A model generated the notes under the pieces. It was not told the origin of the DNA. It saw only the letters and a list, made by a program, of their open reading frames with translations, and ran no database searches. This document shows positions 1-12,860 of a stretch of DNA of 64,000 nucleotides, one piece after another (within the stretch, counting starts at the first letter, position 1; each line of letters opens with the position of its first letter). Made by a program: the position numbers and the translations under genes. The stretch lies in assembly GCA_030264375.1 (NCBI GenBank), contig JASCQW010000027.1:58021028-58085027 (forward strand). The letters run 5' to 3'. The DNA comes from Carcharhinus longimanus. Lineage: Eukaryota.

Positions 1-499
1 GCCTGGTTAAAGCCATTACATTCCCTGCAACCCCCCCTCCCCAACCCCCCTCCCTCCACAACAAAGTCTGAGGAAACCTTGTGGCTTGATCGCCTCACAA
101 GTCTTTTCCTCCATTTGTACGCTGGATCTGGATCCTCCAACTCGGCCTCTGATGTTGAAGGAATGTATCAATTGGGCACCCGTCTCTTCCGCAGTGAGCA
201 ATGGAAGTTGATTTGTCTTCTTCCTCCAGTGGTAGGTGAACTACTGCAGCTTCATCCTGTGTCTGTTTTGGACTCTGAAGTTCCCACCAAGAATGCTGGA
301 GAGACAGCACTGGTCCTTCGAGGAGGACTCTTCTCATCCCTGGCACTGCAGGACCAACTTGGCCCAGGGACGGAGGGTGAGTTTGAGGCCCAGGCCTGGT
401 CCAGGTGCTTCCTTAAGATGACCTCACTCATGTGTACCTGGGAAGATATCGGTCTCATCCTGAACTCGGCCGTCCATGCTATCCATGTGGGTCCATTTG

Positions 500-3130
500 C
501 GTAATTTCCTACCCAGAATTTCTCGCTGGCATCAAAGTGCCTCTCTTGGTGAGTGTTGTGACCCTTGCATAGGGCTTCTAGGCGATTTTCCTCCACTCCA
601 CTCCACCCCCCCAAGGCTCAGTCTGGTGCAGGGTTGTCTGCCCATGAATAATTCTGTTGGAGCTATTCCTGTGGTGACATTTGGGGTTGTCCTTTAGTCG
701 AATAGCCACCATAAGAGTTTGGTTTCTACTGACGTCACTGGCTATTTTTTCAACCTGGCTTTTAGTGTCTGGACTGCTGTCTCCACCAGCCTACTGACGC
801 TGGGTGGTATGGTGCCATCTTGATGTGCCGAAACTTGTTCGATATCATGAATTTTGTGACGTCTAGGCTGATGAAAACTGATCCATTGTCTGAAACTAAC
901 ACCTCTGGAATCCCGTGCATTGCAAATGAGGTGTGCAGTTTCTCAATAGTTGCCGTTGTGTTTGCTGAGTTCATTTTGTAGACATCCAGTCATTTGGAAT
1001 GGGCATCTATTATTACCAAAAACAAGGACCCCATTAACGGGCCTACAAAATCAACATGAAGTTGGGACCATGGCCTACCTGGCCTTTCCCACGGATGCAA
1101 GACTTCTGGTAGCACCTTCTGCCCTTGTTGACATTCCTGGCACCTGCCCTGCCAATTTTGCTAATGTCTGTCTAGACCTAGCCACCAGATATAGCTCCNN
1201 NNNNNNNNNNNNNNNNNNNNNNNNNNNNNNNNNNNNNNNNNNNNNNNNNNNNNNNNNNNNNNNNNNNNNNNNNNNNNNNNNNNNNNNNNNNNNNNNNNNN
1301 NNNNNNNNNNNNNNNNNNNNNNNNNNNNNNNNNNNNNNNNNNNNNNNNNNNNNNNNNNNNNNNNNNNNNNNNNNNNNNNNNNNNNNNNNNNNNNNNNNNN
1401 NNNNNNNNNNNNNNNNNNNNNNNNNNNNNNNNNNNNNNNNNNNNNNNNNNNNNNNNNNNNNNNNNNNNNNNNNNNNNNNNNNNNNNNNNNNNNNNNNNNN
1501 NNNNNNNNNNNNNNNNNNNNNNNNNNNNNNNNNNNNNNNNNNNNNNNNNNNNNNNNNNNNNNNNNNNNNNNNNNNNNNNNNNNNNNNNNNNNNNNNNNNN
1601 NNNNNNNNNNNNNNNNNNNNNNNNNNNNNNNNNNNNNNNNNNNNNNNNNNNNNNNNNNNNNNNNNNNNNNNNNNNNNNNNNNNNNNNNNNNNNNNNNNNN
1701 NNNNNNNNNNNNNNNNNNNNNNNNNNNNNNNNNNNNNNNNNNNNNNNNNNNNNNNNNNNNNNNNNNNNNNNNNNNNNNNNNNNNNNNNNNNNNNNNNNNN
1801 NNNNNNNNNNNNNNNNNNNNNNNNNNNNNNNNNNNNNNNNNNNNNNNNNNNNNNNNNNNNNNNNNNNNNNNNNNNNNNNNNNNNNNNNNNNNNNNNNNNN
1901 NNNNNNNNNNNNNNNNNNNNNNNNNNNNNNNNNNNNNNNNNNNNNNNNNNNNNNNNNNNNNNNNNNNNNNNNNNNNNNNNNNNNNNNNNNNNNNNNNNNN
2001 NNNNNNNNNNNNNNNNNNNNNNNNNNNNNNNNNNNNNNNNNNNNNNNNNNNNNNNNNNNNNNNNNNNNNNNNNNNNNNNNNNNNNNNNNNNNNNNNNNNN
2101 NNNNNNNNNNNNNNNNNNNNNNNNNNNNNNNNNNNNNNNNNNNNNNNNNNNNNNNNNNNNNNNNNNNNNNNNNNNNCTCGCTCTCCCTCGCTCTCTTCCA
2201 CCCCCCCCCCCCCCCGTTGTGCAAATCTCCTAAGGACTTCCTCCAGGTTCTGAACATGTTTTACCCTTGTTTTTCCCATAATGAGAACATTGTCCAGGTA
2301 AATGGCACCCTGTGGTAACCCCTGTAGGATGGTCTCCACGGTCCTCTGGAATATAGCACAAGCTGATACCCCAGAAGATAATCTTTTATACTGGATGAGG
2401 CCTTTCAGCGAATTTATTGTAGCAAATCTTTGTGAATCTTCATCCAGCCATAGCTGCAGGTAAGTGTGGCTCATGTCCAGTTTTGTGAAGAGGAGTCCTC
2501 CTGCCAGCTTTGCGTAAAGATCCTCAATCCTGGGAACTGGATATTTATCCATCTGAGTGTAACAATTTATTGTCTGTTTGAAATAGCTACAAAGATACAC
2601 CAAGACATATGGCTTTAAGATAGGTAATAGGTGCCACCCTTTCTGAAAACTGGACCGATTTTATTATTCCTTTGTGCTGCAATCTTTTAATTTCCATGTC
2701 GACCTTTTCCCTTAATGAAAATGATACTAACCAGGCTTGGCAAAACTTTGGGACTGCCTCCAGGTCAATGTGCAATCTCGCTTTAACTCCTTTGATTGTT
2801 CCAAGGCCTTCCCGAAAAACCTCCAGATATTTGTTCAGGGCTTCACTCAAGTCACCACTTTCCAGCTGAAAAATATTTTCCCAATCTAGCTGGGTGTCTC
2901 TCAGCCAATGTTGCCCTTAGAGGCTCGGCCCTGAACCTTCCATCACCATCAGTCTAGCCTAACCAGTTGTTTCTGTGATTCCCCTGTATAAGTCCACAGC
3001 CTCGCTGAAGTCTTGGTCAGGGCTAAGGGTTGGAGTCCAGTACGTATCTTATTAAACGCTGTTTCCCTGATGACCAATATGGCCGTACTTCCATTAAAAT
3101 TGGACGTCTATTCAGTCTCACTTAGTTTGA
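500..3130 (-). pseudogene. Gypsy pol remnant (PR-RT-[gap]-IN)
   Basis: RT motifs in ORFs 2587-2850 and 2233-2603; integrase core in ORF 762-974. Confidence 0.85.
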
Positions 3131-3299
3131 TGGGTTCTGATTTTGTCTTCGCTATGCAAAGTAGCTGCTTCTCATCGGAACTAGGTGGAGCTTTCAGGTT
3201 GTGCATTCTCTTGTTCCTCAGCCTGTGTTCTTTTCGGAAATGTTGGTTTTGGAAACTTGCTTTGCTTCTGTGTCTCCTGACACTGGCAACTGTTGCAGT

Positions 3300-3993
3300 G
3301 TCATGTCGGATGGGACTCTGCAGGGACTGCTGTCACTCTAGAGCTGATCCGGCCTTGTCTAGGGGTGGTTCTGTAGGCAGATCTGTGCTCCCTCATATCC
3401 AAGTCCTTCCAAAGGGCTGCTATGTAGTGGCCTGCCCCATAGTGGTTGTCTCCTAACTCAGTTGGACAGGTGTTGGCTTCCACCTCCAATGGGATACCCT
3501 CTAGCTCATGCTAAAGACAAAACCAGCTGTAATGCCTGTTTACAGTCCAGCTGGACCTCTGTCAACAGGCATTTCTGTATGGCCATATTGTTGATTCCAC
3601 ATACCAATCAGTCTCTGAGCATCTCATTTAATGGCAACCTGAATTTACAAGCCTCTGCCAAATATCTTATTCTTGACAGGAAACTGGTGATTGACTCCTC
3701 CGCCTCTTGGAACGTGGAATAAAGCCGGGACCTTTGCAGGATCAGAAATGGCTTAGAGTCGTAATATTCTTTTACTAAGTCCAACAACTCCTGGAAGGAT
3801 TTTGTGTCCAATGCATCCAGAAAGTTAAGCTGTGCATTACAGCAAAAACTGCTGGTCCACAAGCAGCCAGCAGGATAACCCTTTGCTTTTCATCTGAATC
3901 GTTGGCCCTGAAAAAGTACTTCATCCTTTCCACATATTGGGCCCAGTCCTCCGCTATGGGATCAAGAGAGTCAAACTTCCTGAACAGTGGCAT
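3300..3993 (-). pseudogene. Gypsy gag remnant
   Basis: ORFs 3775-3993 and 3608-3862 (QEAEESITSFLSRIRYLAEACKF...LNEMLRD) match the typical Gypsy gag pattern across frameshifts. Confidence 0.8.
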
Positions 3994-4063
3994 GTTTGTC
4001 CAACAATGGCTTGCCCTCGATATGTGTGGTGGTTAAACAAGTTCTTTTGGGTCACTCCTTTTT

Positions 4064-4270
4064 TCCTTATTGCCGCTGTCATAACTCCATGGAGACAAAG
4101 GTCTGATCATCTAGGATTTTTACTTACAAGACAAACTATATAACAGAGCTCTCACTCTTGATTGCTTCCTGCTTCAGCAGGCAGAGACAAACCTACTTTA
4201 AATAGGGAACATGAGGCTCCCTGATTGGACCATCAATTAGGACTCATCAGGGACATATTTTGGTGCCCAA
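4064..4270 (-). repeat. Partial 5' LTR and degenerate PBS of the Gypsy element
   Basis: Minus strand reads ...TTATGACA (end at 4077), then GCGGCAATAAGG, resembling a TGGCGACGAGG-type PBS, just upstream of gag. Confidence 0.5.
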
Positions 4271-4289
4271 CCAAATAAAACTATATCAA

Positions 4290-4760
4290 ATTAACTTGAG
4301 GACAACTCAAAAGGGGCAGCTCCCAAAAGAGGGGAACCGCCTGAAACAAAAGACAAAGCGGAAAGGAAACTTAAAACATCAAATTTAAAATGTGATTAAA
4401 GGGGTCAAAAATGCACCCAAGTCCCTGCAGTGCCCAGTGGGCATGGAAGGCATTGACAGCGCTCTCGGACACGACATGGTCCCTCTCCAGGGACATCCAA
4501 CCCTGTTTGTAGAGGGGCAGACAGTCAGGTTGGATGATCCCTTCGATCGCCCGCTGCCTGGACTGTAGATGGCATGCCTTGCCAGGTCCAGGAGCAGGTT
4601 CACGAGGAGGTCCTCCTTCCACCACCCCCCCTCCCCCACACACCTGGTGCCCGTAGATCAGGAGCGTGGGGCTGAAGTGCAAACAAAACATCAACAAAAG
4701 GTTTTTGAGGAAACTGAAAAGGGAGTCCAGCCTACAACATGAAACATAGGACTCATCAGG
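4290..4760 (-). mobile_element. Tx1/L1-clade LINE 3' fragment
   Basis: ORF2 C-terminal-like peptides (LHFSPTLLIYGH; DLLVNLLLDLARHAIY; LERDHVVSESAVNAFHAHWA) followed by a T-rich 3' UTR. Confidence 0.65.
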
Positions 4761-7700
4761 GAGTTCATACTCTAGCAGGCCAATCTCATTAGCCTGACTG
4801 AATTCATCACAGTGACAGGTGCTGTAGGACTTTCTTATGACTTCAAAGCTTCTGTACAAATTCGTTGAAAAGCATCAGCCATGCTGCAGCCACTGGTGCA
4901 ACACTATATAGGAGGAAGGGTAAAGACACACAGAATCCCGACATGAGGGGAATACACAAGGATGATTAGTTTATGTTTGGATGCAACATGACATTCATTC
5001 ATTAATAGAATCGATTTGCTTATTTCAAGTGATTTTATTTTTAGCTGGAAGGATGCAGTGCTGGACAGTGATGTTGGGAAGGTAAGGAGCAGAACTATTG
5101 GTGAAAGATGTCTTGAGGATTACTGGTATTCCAGTTTGATTAGTTCTGTGCATGTGACCAGGGCACAAGGTTGCCTTCTTTTTCTGATTCTTCTGCTTGG
5201 TACTCTTCCTTTTGTTCCTCCTCCCTCCTCTTCTGGCAGGTTACATTACTCTGCATGGTATGACCCCATTCTCCCCCTCGTGTCTTTGTCCAAGGGGAAA
5301 ATCTACTCCTGCTCACATGCCTGGAAGCAAGGCGTTTGTACAAGGGGGAGGAAACCTCACCGTGAAAGAGAGTTCTGAGATTAAAGATTCCCAGGCTGGA
5401 AAGAACAAAAGTAAACCCCTGGGAGCTAAGACTGAACTGATTCTGGGAGAATTCTATGGGGGGAAACTTGGCAATGAACGGCAGAATGTTGTTGTCTCCA
5501 GTGAGAAAACTGGCATGTTTCTCTCCAGATCTTATTGGACTCTGCCCAAGATATCAAGGGCATATGTTTTACTATGTCAAGTGGTGGTGGAAGTGTTGCG
5601 GGCGGGGGGGGCGGAAGGTACACTCAACACACCAGCAAAACCCAGCTGCACTGAGATTAGGGTGCCATCTTCAAAGCTCCAACTCACCATGGAGATCTCA
5701 GGATCTGTCATCCCCCCCCCACCCCCAACCAGTCTCTCACACCCCCTCCCCCCACTGATCATTGATCTCTTCTCTGTCTTCCTCCTGATCTTCATCTCCT
5801 TCCCCCATCCCCATAGTCAAATCCAGCACCCACCAGACTGCCATCGCCGACACCTCCTGCTCCTCTGTCTTCTCCCAGACTGCAACCAAACCTGAATGAA
5901 ACACCTTCACAAACTCCCCCCTTACCACCACCACTCCCTCATAACCCTCCCATTGGTGTTTACCCCTTGCCACAGGTTGGCACTGCCAGTTATCTATGTG
6001 CATATGTTTCACACCACTCCGCTAATGAGGGGCCTGGAAGATTGGAACTCAAACTCGCTGGCGTGAATTGCACTTTCCAGATTTTAAGCCTGTGCTGCCC
6101 TTCCCGCAAAGAGAATGCGAGTTCAAAGTTGCTCCCACTGTCTACACAAAGGGTTGTAACACATAGATCTGAGTTTTTGGCTGTGCTGAAAGAGAAAAGG
6201 GGGTCTTCTGTCTTGTGGTTTAAAGTAAAAATGTCTACAATACGTTTAGTCTTTTTTTATTGTAAAAGTCTTAAAACATGAAATCTTGTCATTTGAAAGT
6301 CAAATTTATTTCTGAAGATTATCAAGTTATATGAAGAATATATCAATAATGCCATGATCTTCTGTTGATTCAACCCCACTAGAGGTTCAGCCATTGCCAT
6401 TTCAGAAAGGAGCCACACTTTCTCCTCCATGGAGTTTAGGATATATGGGCATGCTTTTCCCCCCCTAGAGAGTTCCTACTGCCTCCAGTTGTTTGCCAAC
6501 TTGCCCTGCAAGAGAGAGACGAATGTTTCATTTTGTGTCATACAATCTCTGTGTCAATCATGGGTGAATTGCTGACAGTGTTTCAGACTGTGGATGTGAG
6601 TCTTGCAGCAATGCCAGTTGTTTGAAGCTGTGATTCTTAGATATGTGTGAGATTGATAGAGATTGATGGTTGGTTGTTAAAGGGGATGTGATGATTTGAG
6701 CAGTACTGCAGGTGGTAGGATATGGAATTTGAAGATACATCACTGACATTGACCACTCAAGCAATGTCATTAAACTTCTCCGGACTCTGCAATCAAGTCC
6801 TAGCATTGACCTCCATGGCTACCTGTTCCCATTACCTTTACAACATATGCCGAGAGGGCTTCCTAGCAGCTATGGCTGGAGGACATCGCCCNNNNNNNNN
6901 NNNNNNNNNNNNNNNNNNNNNNNNNNNNNNNNNNNNNNNNNNNNNNNNNNNNNNNNNNNNNNNNNNNNNNNNNNNNNNNNNNNNNNNNNNNNNNNNNNNN
7001 NNNNNNNNNNNNNNNNNNNNNNNNNNNNNNNNNNNNNNNNNNNNNNNNNNNNNNNNNNNNNNNNNNNNNNNNNNNNNNNNNNNNNNNNNNNNNNNNNNNN
7101 NNNNNNNNNNNNNNNNNNNNNNNNNNNNNNNNNNNNNNNNNNNNNNNNNNNNNNNNNNNNNNNNNNNATCAATCAGTGCAGGTTAATTGTCCATTGCTTT
7201 CTGTAGCACTTCAATTTAATCTCTCTTCCCGATGTGACTGCCCTAATGAATCCCCATCTGCTAGGGTTATAGAAGTTAGTTCTGGTGAAAGATTATTGAC
7301 CTGTGGCTGGAATCTTGTTGAGATGTTGTGAGTCTTGTCTGCTGGCTGGAGTGCTTGTGAGATACCCGTGCTGTCTGTTTTCTGAGAGGCCTGTCGAATC
7401 ACATGACTATCGGTTAGCAGTGAAGCCAGCGACAGGCCTTCAGGTCTCCAGGGGAGCAGTTGCCTAGCCAGGACTGCTGGCCAATGGGACTAGCAGCTCT
7501 TACGCTCAGCAGAGCCACAGCGGAGGCTGTCCCTGCTGTTGCAAGAGCATCACCCAGAGTTCCAGATCGTGGAATGACCCAGGCCAAAGGCAAGTGATGC
7601 ATCGGAGAGACTGAGGGGGAGAATCATGCTGTGGAGGTTGCAGGAAGTAGGAGGAACTTGCTATGGATGTTGGAAGCAAGAAACAGAGGCGGGGAGTGGT

Positions 7701-8830
7701 TCTCAGTACAGACCCACTCCCTTGCTCTCAGGTGTCCAAACATGCCAATCTGCCACTGAGTGCTTTTAATTGACGGACTCCGCCCCCGCCCTCCACAAAC
7801 ACACAACTGGTGGTGATGAGCTGCCCACAGTAGCTATCATGCACACCGCATAGCTCATTGGCAGCTGGGCTAATCCCAGTAGCAGTGGGGTGAGGCTCTG
7901 AATGCTCCTTAATTGGCCACTTAAGGAGCTCAATTGGCAGCCGGGCAGAAGGGTTGACCAAGGCTTCCTTGCCCAGAATTTTGTTCAGACAGAGGCAGGA
8001 AGGTGGTGTGGTCCAGGTATGCCACCATCCTGCTTAAGTATATCCCCTTCCCATCTCCAAACTTGCCACCAGAGACAGCATGAGATTTTGCCTATTAATT
8101 CTACTATTTTCCCCACAGATGTTGCCAGACCTGCTGAGTATTTGCATCATTTTTTGTTTTTATTTCAGCTTCCTAGCATCTGTAGCATTTTTCTTTTGTA
8201 CATCCAGTTTGGAGCTGTGCTAATTTCAGTTCTGAAGTAGCCCTTGAAACAGCCGAACCCCTTGCATAACCTTGTTGCAGCAGATTTCTTAATTATCGTA
8301 CTTCTTTGAGTTGAGTTTGAAACATTACACTACCTGCAGGGGACTTTGGCCATGGGAAGCTGGTGTTTTGCTGCATTTGTGTATTTTTTTTTTGCTGACT
8401 GTGCTGATTTGTAAAATCTGTCCCTACTTGTTTACTTTTTAAATTTGTCATTTAACTCCCTGGGAATACCACAATCTTGACAACTCAACTGAATGATGAA
8501 GGAATATAGTCAATCCTCTAATGAACACGTTACTCTTATGAATACAATTCTTATTTTAAGTAGGCGTATTGGCTATGGTGTTAGCTTCACAAAAATGTGA
8601 GAGGAAGTTACTTCATGTTTTATACAGTGGTGCCTGTAGAATATGACTGTGTCCTTCCACGTGTGTGTATGGTTGCAGCATTGTCTGTGGGTAACCTGTT
8701 CTTTTTTGATATGCTGCCAGGTAAAATAGTTGTGACAATTAAAGCCTGGTATCAAAGGTGATATGATAGTGGAAGGCTTGGGAATTATTTTCATAAGGAT
8801 TTATTTTCAAGGAAGTTGTTATCAGAGTAT

Positions 8831-8910
8831 GGCCAATCAGCTCAGTTGGGTTGAGCATGGTGCTCAATAATGTTAATGGTGCTGGTCGAGTCCTAGCTGC
8901 AGCTGAGGTC
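8831..8910 (+). repeat. Degenerate tRNA-Ile-like SINE head
   Basis: GGCCAATCAGCTCAGTTGGGTTGAGCATGGTGCTCAATAATG resembles the 5' half of tRNA-Ile(AAT); the 3' half is decayed. Confidence 0.4.
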
Positions 8911-9769
8911 ATTCTTGGAGCCTATGTCTTGTACCATGGTATCATTGAACCACAGTTGGCAATCCTTGGACAATTAGAATGCCACTTGGAATAAGTGGGA
9001 TATTACAACAGAAAGAATTGCATCATTTAAAACCAGTCCCCTTCCTAGTGGCATTGTAGGTCAAAGCATAGCACATGGACTGCAGCAATTCAAGAAGGCA
9101 GCTCACCACCGCCTTCTCAAGGGCAACTAGGGATGGGCAATANNNNNNNNNNNNNNNNNNNNNNNNNNNNNNNNNNNNNNNNNNNNNNNNNNNNNNNNNN
9201 NNNNNNNNNNNNNNNNNNNNNNNNNNNNNNNNNNNNNNNNNNTCAAGGGCAACTCGGGATGGACAAATTAATGTTGGTCAGTCAGCGATGCCCATGACCC
9301 ACGAATGAATAAAGATAAAGGAAGAATTTGAAAGGATTTGGAAAAGGATTGGAATAATGAAATTAAACACCGTGAAGCTGGATTTAACGCAGCGCTATAG
9401 CCCTCTACTACCCCACTAAAATGGCCAGTCCATGGTTCTGTCTTTTGCCCCACAGCCATTTGGCACCAAAAACATTGGTAAGTGGCTGCAGCTGGGACCT
9501 CAACCCCTCTCGGGAGGAAATCCTTCTTTTGAAGAGCTGCTGGCCAATTGGGCTGCTGGCAGCCAAAACAACTCCATCAGAAGTGATGATGGGCAGCCCC
9601 TCCATGCCAAGGAGCCCAGGTAAGTACAGCATCTGGGATCTTTCCAGTGCCAGTTTGACAGTTCCTAGGAAGGAGGGGTGAGGGGATTTGGTGGGGATAG
9701 TGGGATAGGCAGGTTCAAGAAGCTAGTGGAGAGGTTAAAGGGGCTAGTCTTATGGGGGATGCCTCTCCT

Positions 9770-10122
9770 TTATGTTTTCATGGGATGTTGGCATTGTTGG
9801 TGAGGCCGGTATTCGTTGCCCATCCCTAATTTCCCCTGAACTCAGTGGCGGTTTAGGGTCTGTTAGGGCCACTCAGTGGTGGTTTAGGGTCGATCACATT
9901 GCTGTGGATCTGGAGTCACATGTGGGCCAGACCAGGTAAGGATGGCAGATTTCCTATGCTAAAGGATATGAGTGAATGGGTTTTTACAACAATCAATGAT
10001 GGTTCATGGTTACCACTACTCAAACTAGCATTATACTCCAGATTTATTAATTAGAGCCAAATTCTACTTGTTGCCATGGTGGGATTTGACCCCATATCCT
10101 CAGAATAATAGCATGGGCTCTG
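9770..10122 (-). mobile_element. tRNA-derived SINE (family with GGGATGGGCAATAAATGC-type tail)
   Basis: Reverse complement matches the copy at 42580-42945. Confidence 0.65.
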
Positions 10123-10436
10123 AATCATAGAATTTATAATGCAGAAGGATGCCATTTGGCCCATCGAGCCTGCACCAACAACAATTCCACCCAAATCCTA
10201 TCCCTACAACCCCACATATTTAACCTCCTTATCCCCCCTGACACTAAGGGGCAATTGTATCACAGCCAATCAACCTAACCTGCACATCTTTGGAGTGCGA
10301 GAGGAAAACGGAGCACCCAGAGGAAACCCACACAGATACGGGGAGGATGTGCAGGCTCCACATAGACAGCACCCCCAGGCCGGAATTGAACCCTGGTCCC
10401 TGGCGCTGCGAGGCAGCAGTGCTAACCACTGTGCCA
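10123..10436 (-). mobile_element. HE1-like tRNA-derived SINE
   Basis: Head GGCACAGTGGTTAGCACTGCTGCCTC...GGGTTCAATTCC, core AAAGATGTGCAGGTTAGG and ATTCTATG tail; about 10 copies in the window. Confidence 0.8.
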
Positions 10437-12734
10437 ATGTGCCAACCCTTGCCCAGTGATATAACCACCATTTTACCTTCTCCGCTTAAGCAGTTCGATT
10501 AAAAGAGGACAATCCAGAAGGTAGGGAATGAGAGCAATCTGTTTCCCATTTTTATATTCTGGCATCTGTCAGTTAGTAATGAAAGTAAACGCAATGGGAA
10601 TATTGAGAGGCAGAAATCAAAAGGACTTTCCAGGAAATGCATCGGATCACATGATTTATGCCAGGTTGTTAAAGGTTTGTTTTATTTTTGGCTCATTTTT
10701 ANNNNNNNNNNNNNNNNNNNNNNNNNNNNNNNNNNNNNNNNNNNNNNNNNNNNNNNNNNNNNNNNNNNNNNNNNNNNNNNNNNNNNNNNNNNNNNNNNNN
10801 NATTTCCCCCAATATCCCTCCGCCCCCATGCTTTCTCAAGCCTACGTTTTAAAATGTATGTTTCACTGAACGTATTTTCTATTTTTAAACTACCTCCACG
10901 CTGTAGGCTTGAAACAAAGCAAAAGCAGCAAATGACCTGCAGGTTTTGAGCGATATTGTGAGCAAAATAGGCCATTCAAGCAGCTTGGAGACTGATTGGG
11001 ATTGTTGAGTTTGTTCCATACAAACATTATGTGGTAATACTGGCAGATATTTCAATTTGACCACATGATTGGATTCACAAAAGGTTCCTACCTCCTGCAA
11101 GGTATGACAGATGGTGCTGTTCCCTCCTGTATTATTTTATATAACGATTCCATTAGGCAATTGTTCAATACATGCTAAGGTGCGAATAGACTGGCTGAGT
11201 GGGATGAGATCAAACACTCAGCATATCGATCCGTGAGTATCTTTAATTTGTAAAGATACTGCACACATACTTCATCGATCAAGCACACATGGCTGACTTA
11301 AAATGAATGCACTTACATTCAATGGCTCAGTGGGAGCAGTAAAATTAGTTTAAGGCCCACTGGCTAAATAGAAAGAAAATTAGCCAGACTTTCCATTTCA
11401 AAGTGCTAATTAATGCCACCTCCTGAAAAGAAAGTCTGCATGAGTGTGTTCCGATTTTTAATATAGAATCAAAAACTGGGCTTGTGGGAGCGATGCTCCC
11501 TCTCCATTGCAGGTAAGCACCTGGTCATTAGATGTGAGACACTTTCGATGTTGCTGTACATGGCACAGGCCTGGCCCAACCTCATTCCTGTGCTGTGACG
11601 TTCACCCAAGCCATTTTCATTTAGAGGTCAAAAATGGCCGTGTTCGTAGGGACATGATGTACAAACCTCTCGAGAAAGGNNNNNNNNNNNNNNNNNNNNN
11701 NNNNNNNNNNNNNNNNNNAGCTTTGTGTGTTGCTGCATCAAGCTGAGTGTAGATCCTGTGTACGCAAACACCAAGTATTACTACATATTGAGGTTCTACC
11801 TATCCCTTGTGTTGTGAAGGATCGGTTTGGCCACGCTGCTGTGGAACACTCCAAATAGCCGCACTGTGCTGTACCACCTGTCCCTCGTGGAAAATGTTAT
11901 GCAGAAGGACACTCCTGACAAGAAGTCTATAAGCAAGTGGCCAGCACTTCCTAGAGGTCCTATGGGTAAGGAAGTTGGTGGATTGCATTGGATGGTCCTC
12001 TAAGCAGACTGTCAGAGTCATTTGGCAGAACATCTCATCACTGTAACTTTCAAGCCAGCACCAAGATCGAGCTTGGCTGATGGTGAGAAAAGCCCCCCCC
12101 TGTCAGATCCTTCTTACATGGCCATGGATTCGCCCCCTCTGTTCATTGCCCTTGAGTTGATTGTGGTGGGGAAGAGATTGTCATCCACCTTGTGGAACAT
12201 GCCTTTGTAAAGAAGGTCTGGAGATGAGGTGGTTTTTGTTGAGGTTCATTCATAGCAACTCCCTGATGCAGGACTCTGGGCTGTTCCTAGGGACAATCTG
12301 AGGCCAACATCACATGTTGCTGGAGAATCGTCAACTCAGTGAAAGAAGCTCTTTGGCGCAAAACTTGTTAAACTTCCAGTGTAAAGAATTGTTGTCAATC
12401 CAGTTTTGCAGACTGACACATTCCAAAGCCCAGGACTATGTGTCTGGAGCAACCACAACAGGGGCGGGGTGGAAGATCACTGTCTAAGACCTTTCAACCA
12501 CACCGAACCAAGGGGAGAAGAACCCTCTTGGGCTGAATGAACCATTGAATGTGCACGGTGAATATTACATGTATCCCATTAGTACTGAAACACCTCTAGG
12601 GTGCAACCTGATCTATATAGACAATCTTTAAATATCTATTGCATCATTTGTAAAGACCATTTAAAAATGTCTGTAATGTTTGTTTGACTGGATTGAAGCC
12701 CCTCTTGAGTGTTACTTGATGTATGTAAGGCCAT

Positions 12735-12860
12735 GATATGGAGATGCCAGTGTTGGACTATGGTGGGCACAGCAAGAAGTCTCACACCAGGTTAAAGTCC
12801 AACAGGTTTATTTGGTAGCACGAGCTTTCGCAGCACTGCTGCTTCATCAGGTGAGTGGAG
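12735..12860 (-). mobile_element. Penelope-like element terminal fragment containing a minimal hammerhead motif
   Basis: Minus strand CAC CTGATGA A GCAGC AGT GCTGC GAAA GC TC GTG...AAATAAAC; second degenerate copy at ~18070-18195. Confidence 0.6.
12819..12853 (-). ncRNA. Minimal type I hammerhead ribozyme motif
   Basis: CUGAUGA and GAAA boxes, 5-bp stem II, palindromic AGCU stem III, UC cleavage site and CAC/GUG stem I. Confidence 0.55.

Larger units (their letters stand above)
1..4270 (-). mobile_element. Decayed Gypsy/Ty3 LTR retrotransposon (gag-pol, K02A2.6-like); 3' LTR cut by the window edge
   Basis: Minus-strand fragments in Gypsy order: Gag MPLFRKFDSLDPIAEDWAQYVERM (3775-3993), RT YPVPRIEDLYAKLAGG...FTKLDMS...YLDNVLI (2233-2603), integrase HGIPEVLVSDNG...MAPYHPAS (762-974). 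A G-rich PPT at ~21-58 is followed by TGTAAT (LTR start at 20). Many frameshifts and a ~1 kb N gap. Confidence 0.9.

Noticed and set aside
950-2603. Long ORFs of 359-480 aa
   Set aside because: Their length comes from translating through N gaps; the same applies to ORFs at 6722-7206, 10528-10975, 39667-40015, 54962-55328 and 56526-56863.
5197-5895. 232-aa ORF
   Set aside because: No recognisable domain; it runs through low-complexity C-rich and repeat-derived sequence.
9117-9270. Duplicated sequence on both sides of a 100-N gap
   Set aside because: Probably a scaffolding overlap artefact within a repeat tail.
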